Below are positions 29,936 through 38,205 of a stretch of DNA of 64,000 nt, piece by piece. The notes below the pieces were generated by a model. That model had not been told where the DNA came from and searched no databases. It saw only the letters and a program-made list of their open reading frames with translations. The DNA is from Thecamonas trahens ATCC 50062 (taxonomy: Eukaryota > Protista > Apusomonadida), in NCBI RefSeq assembly GCF_000142905.1, contig NW_013657662.1, forward strand, positions 372,001 through 436,000, written 5' to 3'. A program made the position numbers and the translations under genes. Positions within the stretch are counted from its first letter, which is position 1. Each line of letters begins with the position of its first letter.

Positions 29936-32058
29936 TCACGTCTGGAAGAACGCCAGCGGTTCAAACGCATGGTCCGACCGCGGAAACTCGTCATCGCCGT
30001 CTGCTTCAAGTCGGACCGAGGCGGTGACGACATTGTGGCTCGGCGCTGAGCGCAGAAGCTTGTCAAATAGCGAGTTGCACGACGGAACAAGGATGTGACC
30101 AGCCGGCTTGAGTGATGCGAGCATGTCGTGGACCTTGACCGTAAAGACAAAGGTGAAGCGGAGCGGACGCGCGATCGGAACCACCCGCAGGTCGAGAACC
30201 AGTACCAGCGTCCGGCGGTCGCCCTTGCCCGACGGCGTTCCACCGAGGAGCTTTGAATCAAGTCCTGGCGGCCAGTACAACAGGATGCGAAGATTGTTCA
30301 TCCGCACCCGGTCGGCCAGCGACGTCGCAGAAACCACGACTGGCACCATCCGCTTGGCATCAAACGACGCAGTCTCTGTATCGTAGGTGGCAATGTATGC
30401 GCCCAGAACCGACGACGCTGACAGCCGCGCCACAAGGAGCCGCGCCGGTGTCGACGACTGCTGGATAGAAATAAGGACTCGGATGAACCGCTGCGCCTCC
30501 TGTCGCAGGGCGTAGACCGGGAGCCCGGCGGCGGTCTGGACCGATGCGCGCCGGGCCCGAGCGCTCATGGCCGCTGCCGCCAGTTTTGCCCGCGGCGACC
30601 GCGGAGCCTGAAGCATCGGCTCAGCCAGTGAGCCTTTGCGGACCAGCTTGCGGACCTTGCGCGCTGAGTCGACCTTGCAAGGCACACGTCGGATGGCGCC
30701 CTTGCCCGGGCTCGGACGCTCGCATAGATCAAACCGCGCCGCGAGGAGCAGGTGCACAAAGGTTGAGCCGAGGCCTTCGCTCGGATACACCCGTAGCAGC
30801 GTGATCGGCTGCGGGTACTTGGGCCGTGCGTACTTGCGGAGGCTAGCTGTCGGGTACGTGTGGTTGATCGGGAACCAGCCGCGCGAAGCCGGGCGGGCCA
30901 GCAGATGCCCGTAGCCCCAACCGTCAGCGCGGCTCTTGGTCATCACCACCGTTGCCCCAAAGACTGTCAGTGAGAGATCGTCGAGATGTCGTGAGACAAA
31001 CAGCGATGTGACCGTCCGCTTCCGTCCCGGTCCCGGAGGGATCTCAACCTCGCCCCGCGCTTTGCGCTTCACCGGCGCCGGCACCCGCATCGCACGAAGC
31101 ACGTAATGCTCCATGTCAAAGAACATCTTGGTGACAAGCGAGCCACGCCGTGCCGACTCGGGCACCGCCGCCACCGCCAAGTCTAGCTCCTCCGGCAGAG
31201 TCATCGGCAGGCTCATGGGCTCGACAAAATGGTCCTGTTGGCTTGCTCCGCTCTCTGGCGTCGCCGCCTCCCACGACGAAACCGCCGAGCTTGGCGTATG
31301 CAGCCCATCCGTTGCCTCATTGCTGGAGTCTGAATCCGAGTCCGAGTCCGAATCAAGCGCAATGACTTCGTTCTTGGCAATCATCGGCGACGACGGGCCA
31401 GCCGTGCCCGCGTCGGCACTTGAGCCTGTCGAGTGTGAGCTTGAGCTCGAGCTCGAGCTTGAGTTGGAGTCCGAGCTCGAGTCCGAGCTTGAGCCCGAGC
31501 TTGAGCCCGAGCTTGAGCTTGAGCCCGAGCTCGAGTCCGAGCTTGAGCTCGAGCCAGGGCTTGTGACCGAGCCCGTGCCTGAGTTTGGCTGCAGCAGACG
31601 GGCCGACTCAGTGCCGGATCCAAGGCCAGAAGCTCCAGCCACCGCTTCGCTGCTCTTCACCGCCGAGCCATCCGCAACCGCCCCGCCTCCTCCAACTGGC
31701 CCACCTGCACCAGTCGCATCGCCATCCCCATCCCTAGCCCCATCCCCAGCCCCAGCCGCAGCGCTACCTGTCCTTGCCGCACCTGCCGCCAGCCCGTCAC
31801 CGCCAGCCCGGCCACCGCCACCGCCACCGACAGTCTGCTCTTGCACCTTGGACGCCAGCACGCTCGTTGCGACTTGAGCCTCTTGCCGAGTCGAGCCTTG
31901 TGCGCGCGTGTGTGAGTGTGTGGCAGCTGGGGAGAGGAGGGCAAGCCACCAGGGCTGGCAGGGGAAGGCGTGCATGGCCCTCGCGTGACTGTCAGGACTG
32001 TGTCCATGCGGGACGGCCCCAGGCCGGCGATCAATGCCTTGATCAAGGCGGCGATCAA
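29936..32058 (-). CDS. SH3-like domain protein with Ser-rich linker; 5' end uncertain
   Basis: DDLSLTVFGATVVMTKSRADGWGYG.....RGWFPINH fits the SH3 consensus. Confidence 0.55.
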
Positions 32059-32193
32059 GCCCGCCCGTGATCGCGAGAGCTGTCCGAGTCAACGGCCGCC
32101 TCAACCTCAACCCCCAACCACACCACTCCTCCCCATCCTGCCCCACCGCACCACACCGTACCCCCCTTCCCCACGGCGCACGAGCCATCCACC

Positions 32194-33762
32194 ATGCTGG
32201 AGTCAGGGAGACTAGCGTCCCGGAGGTCGGTGACGTTCAAGCCTCCGCTGTCGTCCTTGCCGTCGGCAAGCTCGCTGGTGCCGACCGGCTCGGCAGTCTC
32301 GCTCGCCCGCAGCGCGTCCATGGCCATGAGCGATGATGCTGACGACGGTGAAGCCCACCTGCCAGCCCCGGCTCTGCAAGCGCTGGAGAAGACGGCAGTG
32401 GAGCGGTCAGTTGACGATATTGCCGCCATTCTCGCCATCTGCGAGTCGTTGCCGGCGGTGAGCAAGTATCCTCGCCACACCCGCCGTGAGCTCGCCCGTC
32501 GCATGGTACTCGTCCGCTACGCCGCTGGAGAGGTCGTCTTCTACGAGGGCGATGAGCCCGACGGATATCGCATCATCCTAGCCGGATCGGTCTACGGCAT
32601 GAAGCAGTCGGCCGATGCTGCAGCCGCTGCAGCCGCCGCAGGTGTCGTCGCCCTGGCTGACGGGCCGGTCGAGGGCATCTCTATCGAGCCATCGGCTCCG
32701 TCGGCCGCCGACCCGCCTGCAGACAAAGGCGGAGTGCCGGCGCCGCGGCTCAAGCGCGGACGCGCTATGGAGACCTTTTCGCAGATCATCTTTACGCTCC
32801 GCGCCGGTGACGGCTTTGGTGAGGGAGCCATGCAAAAGGTGTCGTCGTGGGACGATGACTCCTTGCCCGGTACTTCTGGTGTGGAGGAGCACAAGCGCAA
32901 GTTCGGCGTCCGCGGCGCAACCATCAAGTGTGCCGAGCCGACAGATATCTTGCTCGTCTCGCTCAACGATTACGTTCAGATCCTCGAGCTGGCCATGCAG
33001 CGGGATCTCGAGGAGCGAGTCGAGTTCCTCTCACAGCGCCCGCTGTTCTACGGCTGGTCGTCGAGCCGCATGAATCAGCTGGCAAAGTGCATGACCATCG
33101 AGAAGTTTCTTCCCAACAAGCCCATCATCCTGCAGGGCTCCGAGGGCAAGTTTCTTTGGATGATCCGCGCCGGCTCGGTTAAGATCGTCCGCGAGCTCAA
33201 GGTCGGCATCTCGCGCAAGACTAGCGAGCCGGTCCGCAAGTTCCTCCACATTGCCACGTTGGGCGTCGGCGAGTTCTTTGGTGAACTCGCCATCATCCAC
33301 AACGCCCCTCACTCGGCCTCGGTCCTCGCAGCCTCCAAGTGCGTCGTCTACAAGCTACCCAAGCCCGAGTTTACCAAGTTCATCGTCGACAAGGCCCTCG
33401 AAATTGTCCAGCTCACCTCGGCCAACTACCCATCCGACGCTGAGCTCCTCGCTGCCTACCGCGAGCAGCTCACCTGGGAGCGCTACAAGTCCCGCGTCGT
33501 CGAGCGTGTCCTCTCCAGGAAGCGCACACGCCGCGAGTTGCAATCGTACTCCAACCCCACCCTCCGTGGCTTCCGCTCGCCGCCATCGCTCCCCTCGCGC
33601 GGCTCGCCTACTCGTCCGCCGTCGCAACTGCACAACGCCGTCGACATCCGCGCTGCAAGCCCGTCATCCTCTACTCTCCCCGGCCGCCGCCTCCGGGCCT
33701 CGTCACCACCTTCCCGTCGACAGCCCTCCACCAAGCCAGCAAGATCCACCACATGGAAGTAA
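32194..33762 (+). CDS. Tandem cyclic-nucleotide-binding domain protein
   Basis: GEVVFYEGDEPDGYRIILAGSV...GDGFGE and IILQGSEG...GEFFGELAI. Confidence 0.85.
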   Translation: MLESGRLASRRSVTFKPPLSSLPSASSLVPTGSAVSLARSASMAMSDDADDGEAHLPAPALQALEKTAVERSVDDIAAILAICESLPAVSKYPRHTRRELARRMVLVRYAAGEVVFYEGDEPDGYRIILAGSVYGMKQSADAAAAAAAAGVVALADGPVEGISIEPSAPSAADPPADKGGVPAPRLKRGRAMETFSQIIFTLRAGDGFGEGAMQKVSSWDDDSLPGTSGVEEHKRKFGVRGATIKCAEPTDILLVSLNDYVQILELAMQRDLEERVEFLSQRPLFYGWSSSRMNQLAKCMTIEKFLPNKPIILQGSEGKFLWMIRAGSVKIVRELKVGISRKTSEPVRKFLHIATLGVGEFFGELAIIHNAPHSASVLAASKCVVYKLPKPEFTKFIVDKALEIVQLTSANYPSDAELLAAYREQLTWERYKSRVVERVLSRKRTRRELQSYSNPTLRGFRSPPSLPSRGSPTRPPSQLHNAVDIRAASPSSSTLPGRRLRASSPPSRRQPSTKPARSTTWK

Positions 33763-34002
33763 AGACAGAATCTCCCCGTTCTGGTCGGCAGTTTATGTTT
33801 CCCGCCGCCATCGCTCACCATTCGCGTGCAGGTGGCTTGCCATCGATTATAGACGCTCAGGTGAGTGTGGGCGCCGCCGCCAAGCGCGACTCGTCAGCCA
33901 CAGCTCTCGTCCCCCCCCCCCATCCCCCCCCCTCCCCATCACCCTCCCAGCCCCTCCACACCACGTTGCATACCCCATACGCATCAGATACGACCTGTGT
34001 GC

Positions 34003-35595
34003 ATGAGCCGCAATCAGTTGCCGTCGTGGGAGGCTGGGCAAGGCGGCCGGCAGAGCGAGCGGCGTGGGCGGCGAGTCGGGCGGAGGAACTCGGTGTTCTC
34101 GGAACACTCGACCGACTCGTGGCCATCCGAGCCGCACAGGTCGTCATCATCGTCATCATCTGCACACGGCTCGGTCCCTGGTGAAGACGCACCCAATCCG
34201 ACCGGAACCACCCATCGGGCGCTTCTGGATGTGCCCACAGACTCGTCCGATGATCTTGCCCCACGCTCGGCGAGCGTGTCGTCCAGCTCGTCGGCTGCTT
34301 CCCGAAGCAGATCGCGGCGGAGAGGCAGGCATCGCTCGTCGCGCTCTCATGAGCGGTCGCGGCGGGTTGGTGATCGTGGGAGATCGTCGCGATCATCACG
34401 TCGGCGTGAGGCTAGGCGGGAGGCGAGGGCTCGGCAGTCGCAGCGACGCGAGAGGAGGCGGCGCGAGCGGGCGGAGGTCAGGCCTACTGCCAGACGGCGC
34501 GAGCCAGACATGGACATGGCCACCGCACTGGCCATTGTGCGTGCACGAGAGGGCCCTCCAGCTCAGCAATTCATGCCGTCGATTGACTTTCTCCGCCGCA
34601 TGCAGGGCGACCGAATCGGCGTCTTTGTCGCCAAGTTTCACGTCTGGCTGGCGAGCCTGGTGTGCTCGTGGTCGACGCTAGGCATCATCGAGTTTGTAGA
34701 GAACGGCGGGAACTACTTTGGGTCGCTGAGTAACGCCATCACCACCGTCATTTTTGTGATTGTCGCGCTCGGGTATGTCGTTTACGGCGGGTGGGCAGCG
34801 CGGCGGCGGTATGTGGGGCATCTTGCAACCTGGCTCGTGATCAACGTTATCATGACTGTGGTGGTAGGCATCATGGTAGCGGGCGTCATCTTTGTTATGT
34901 TTGCTTTTATCAAGTTCTCTGTTTCGAGCTTGGTCCGATCTGTGGTCGGAGCGTGGATTATGATCTCGACGGTGACGACGATGCTGTTGGTGGTCCGGAT
35001 CCGGAACATGGCGCTCGCCCACCTGCGGCTGGCGAACCATGTCCGGCGGCATGGCGAGAACGCGGTCATGGATCCGGGCTTGGAGGCGTTGGAGCCGCCG
35101 GAGCAGCCGCTCCCGATCGAGGCGGTCGAGCTTGCGCCGTCGGACGATTCGAACCTGGCAAACTCGGACTCGGAGAACAACGAGTGCGTCATCTGCCTTG
35201 ACGCCAAGCGCAGCACTATGTTCCGCGACTGCTCACACAAGGTCTGCTGCATGGAGTGCGCGTCCAAAATCCGAACCTGTCCCATCTGCCGCGCGCCGAT
35301 CGCCACCATTGTTCACTACCAGCGCCCCGAGGGCCAGCAGCGCGCCAAAGCAGCAGCCAACTCGGACCTGGACCACCAGCGGTCGTCTGGCCTCGCATCA
35401 CCGAGCCCACAGCCGGCCAGTCTTGGAACAGGCACCGGCACCGGCTCCGCCGATGGTGTGACAGCGTTTGCGCCTGCGCCGCCGGATGCGTTTCCAGACT
35501 CGACGCTGTCGTCGTCGGGCTCGCTCGGCGGCGGCGGGCCGCAAAGAGCGGTGCGGGATCCGAGCTCGTCAGAATACTCATACTCGTCACTCTAG
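34003..35595 (+). CDS. Four-TM protein with C3HC4 RING finger (E3 ligase)
   Basis: CVICLDAKRSTMFRDCSHKVCCMECASKIRTCPICR; first ATG at 34003. Confidence 0.85.
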   Translation: MSRNQLPSWEAGQGGRQSERRGRRVGRRNSVFSEHSTDSWPSEPHRSSSSSSSAHGSVPGEDAPNPTGTTHRALLDVPTDSSDDLAPRSASVSSSSSAASRSRSRRRGRHRSSRSHERSRRVGDRGRSSRSSRRREARREARARQSQRRERRRRERAEVRPTARRREPDMDMATALAIVRAREGPPAQQFMPSIDFLRRMQGDRIGVFVAKFHVWLASLVCSWSTLGIIEFVENGGNYFGSLSNAITTVIFVIVALGYVVYGGWAARRRYVGHLATWLVINVIMTVVVGIMVAGVIFVMFAFIKFSVSSLVRSVVGAWIMISTVTTMLLVVRIRNMALAHLRLANHVRRHGENAVMDPGLEALEPPEQPLPIEAVELAPSDDSNLANSDSENNECVICLDAKRSTMFRDCSHKVCCMECASKIRTCPICRAPIATIVHYQRPEGQQRAKAAANSDLDHQRSSGLASPSPQPASLGTGTGTGSADGVTAFAPAPPDAFPDSTLSSSGSLGGGGPQRAVRDPSSSEYSYSSL

Positions 35596-37125
35596 GCGTC
35601 AGGCGCGGCAGCGGACTCGGCGGCCTTGACAGCGTCATCGGTGGCAAGGGCGATCTTGGCCATGGTGGCGGTGAGCATGGCGTTCTGGCCGAGATGAGCG
35701 GCGAGTTCCATGGCGGCGCGCCAGGCGGTCGGATCGTCGTCCTCCAGCGCGGCAGCCTTGGAGGTAAGGATGACGCCACGGATCTCGTCGAGGTCAGCGT
35801 CACCAAGGACTTCGAGCGCGGTGTCCCAGTGGGCCTTGGCGGCCTCGGCATCGCGGGAGACGAGGTAGGTGGCGCTCCCGAGGTGGTTGTACACAAGCGG
35901 GTGGAGCGGGTACTTTTCGCACGCCTCCTGGGCCATGGCGGCGTAGGCGGCGGCGGCCTCGGCACTGTCCTCAGCGTTGTCCTCGAGCTCGTCAAGCTCC
36001 TGCAGCGCCTCGTAAATACCGTCAGTCATGGTTCCGTCGGCGACGCAACTGGCGAGCCAGGCCAGCGCCTGGGCCGAGTGCCAGCCCGGAGCCAGCTCCT
36101 GGGCGCGTTCAAAGGCAGCCTTGGCTCCGGTATAGTCGTGCTGAACGAGGCAAAGCCGGCCGGTGTGGTAGTGGGGATCCGGGTTGTGGACGTCGATCTT
36201 GGCGGCGAGCTCGATGAGCCCAGCGGCGTCGTCGTACTCGCCCTCGGCCATGGTCTCGTGGAAGCCCTGCATAAAAATCTCTGCTGCAGGAAGAGCAGGG
36301 CGGTTGCGCTGGTACTTGAAGCCAATGCGGACACCGCCGCCTCCGGCGCGAATGACTTCCAGTGCGTCGTCCACCTCAAGCTCGTCGGCTTCGTCGGGAG
36401 CGCCGCCCTGGCCAAAGACAAGGACGACGATGCGGTTCTTCGGCCAGCCAGCAGCCACAGCATCACCACGGGCCCTAGCCGCCACCGCCGACTCGGGCGC
36501 ACCGATGTCGTCGAGGACATCGCCCATGGCCCGCGAGACATCGGCGGCCTCGTCCCACTCACCGGCGTGGAGCTTGCAGAGGAAGAGCGAGTTCATGGCA
36601 TCGAGCACATCCTCCATCAGACCGGCAGCCTTGAGGGCCTCAATGGCCACATCGAGATGACGCACAGCCGAATTGATCTTCCCACCAGCAAGCAGGGCGT
36701 TGGCCAGAGCCACCCGAGCCTGCATCAGCACCCTCTCCGCGTCATCGGGTAGCGGAGCCGCCGCCACCAGAGCCTTCACCGCCTTGTCGAGCATCACCGC
36801 CGCCTTGAAGTACGACTCTTGCCGCAGCAGGCCCATGGCCTCCGAGTACATGACCTAGATCAGAGATGAGACGGGATAGGGTGAGTGTGAGGGGGCAATC
36901 GGAGGGAGAGGGAAGGGGGTGATTGGAGGGGGCAAAGGGGGGGCGGGGGCGTGGGAGAGGGGGGATGGCCCGTGCTCGACCCCCCCGGGCAGGGGGAAGG
37001 GGCAGCATGGATGTGTGCGCGGGCATGGGTATGAGTGTGCAAGAGGAGGGACGTACGAGGGCCTCGGTCACCTCCTGGGCCAACTCGTGGGTGACTGTGG
37101 TTGCGTTGTCGGATGAGGCTGCCAT
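35592..37125 (-). CDS. TPR-repeat protein; intron 36855-37056
   Basis: Exon 1 MAASSDNATT..EAL, then GTACGT..CTAG. TPR-like segments such as HYHTGRLCLVQHDYTGAKAAFERAQELAP. Confidence 0.75.
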
Positions 37126-37421
37126 GGTGTCTGGGTGGGGGTGGGGTGGGGTGGGGCGGCAGTGGCAGTGGCAGTGGTCTTGGCAGAGGCGGCGGGGGTG
37201 GTCGTGGGTGCGAGGGTTGGGGGATTCGAGATCGGGGGGGGGGGGGGTGGGACACGGGGTGGAGATGATGGTTGGAGAAAGTTGATCTTAGGGGCTCTTG
37301 GTGGTTGTGCTTGTGGTGGCGGTAGGATGGGTAGGAGGAGGTGAGAGGAGCTGACGAGGGAAGGGTGCGCGCGCAAGTGACCGATGGGGATAAGGGCGGA
37401 TACAGCGGGTGCACTTTCAAC

Positions 37422-37504
37422 GACGGCATGGCGAAATGGTAGACGCGCTAGCTTAGAAAGCGTGTGTCCGAGAGGACGTGGAGGTTCGAGTCCTTCTGCC
37501 GTCG
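37422..37504 (+). tRNA. Class II tRNA, anticodon AGA (Ser), tRNA-Leu-like body; weak anticodon stem, possible pseudogene or chimera
   Basis: Acceptor GACGGCA/TGCCGTC; anticodon at 37455-37457 in loop TT-AGA-AA; stem CTAGC/GCGTG only 3 of 5 paired; T-arm GGAGG-TTCGAGT-CCTTC. Confidence 0.65.
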
Positions 37505-37512
37505 ATCAGAGT

Positions 37513-37542
37513 GGTGCCGCCTTTGGGTGGTGCCTTCGTTTT
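37513..37542 (+). terminator. Hairpin plus T-tract after the tRNA, repeated after every copy
   Basis: GGTGCCGCC-TTTG-GGTGGTGCC followed by TTCGTTTT. The last copy has a TTCG loop. Confidence 0.6.
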
Positions 37543-37614
37543 GGCTTCGTCACAACCCTCGCGGTGGCAGCGCCGACAGCGATAAGAGGCACCGAAGGCG
37601 ACAGATCTTTCAAC

Positions 37615-37698
37615 GACGGCATGGCGAAATTGGTAAACGCGCACGTTTTGAAAGCGTGTATCAGAGATGATGTGGAGGTTCGAGTCCCTCTGCCGTCG
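37615..37698 (+). tRNA. Class II tRNA, anticodon TGA (Ser), tRNA-Leu-like body
   Basis: Anticodon stem CACGT/GCGTG fully paired, TGA at 37649-37651. Variable arm TATCA-GAGA-TGATG. One A-C mismatch in the T-stem. Confidence 0.75.
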
Positions 37699-37808
37699 AT
37701 CAGAGCGGTGCCGCCTTTGGGTGGCGCCTTCGTTTTGGCTTCGTCACAACCCTCGCGGTGGCAGCGCCGACAGCGATAAGAGGCACCGAAGGCGACAGAT
37801 CTTTCAAC

Positions 37809-37892
37809 GACGGCATGGCGAAATTGGTAGACGCGCCTGCTTCGAAAGCACGTGTCCGAGAGGACGTGGAGGTTCGAGTCCTTCTGCCGTCG
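37809..37892 (+). tRNA. Class II tRNA, anticodon CGA (Ser), tRNA-Leu-like body
   Basis: CCTGC-TT-CGA-AA-GCACG (4 of 5 pairs), CGA at 37843-37845. Variable arm TGTCC-GAGA-GGACG. Intact A and B boxes. Confidence 0.75.
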
Positions 37893-38002
37893 ATCAGAGC
37901 GGTGCCGCCTTTGGGTGGCGCCTTCGTTTTGGCTTCGTCACAACCCTCGCGGTGGCAGCGCCGACAGCGATAAGAGGCACCGAAGGCGACAGATCTTTCA
38001 AC

Positions 38003-38086
38003 GACGGCATGGCGAAATTGGTAGACGCGCCTGCTTCGAAAGCACGTGTCCGAGAGGACGTGGAGGTTCGAGTCCTTCTGCCGTCG
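38003..38086 (+). tRNA. Class II tRNA, anticodon CGA (Ser), tRNA-Leu-like body; identical to the previous copy
   Basis: Same sequence as 37809-37892; CGA at 38037-38039. Confidence 0.75.
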
Positions 38087-38205
38087 ATCAGAGCGGTGCC
38101 GCCTTCGGGTGGTGCCTTCGTTTTGGCTTCGTCACAACCCTCGCCCGCAAAAGGCGACCAGATGGCAAGGAAAGACGCCGTGTTCACAACAACTTGGGCT
38201 CAGGA

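Larger units (their letters stand above)
37414..38144 (+). repeat. Tandem array of ~194-bp units (tRNA gene, hairpin/T-tract, spacer), about 3.8 copies
   Basis: tRNA starts at 37422, 37615, 37809 and 38003 (periods 193, 194, 194). Spacers are almost identical. Confidence 0.95.

Noticed and set aside
35256-36752. Long antisense and alternative-frame ORFs (this one, 27791-29137, 42999-44309 and others)
   Set aside because: They are shadows of real genes caused by high GC3 codon bias and carry no motifs.
37615-37698. tRNA-Sec or opal suppressor
   Set aside because: The anticodon TGA reads UCA (Ser). A Sec or opal suppressor tRNA needs anticodon TCA, and the D-arm is not Sec-like.
37414-38144. 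CRISPR array or protein-coding repeat (ORFs 37384-38536)
   Set aside because: Units are 194 bp and fold as tRNAs, there are no cas genes, and the ORFs are incidental translations of the repeat.
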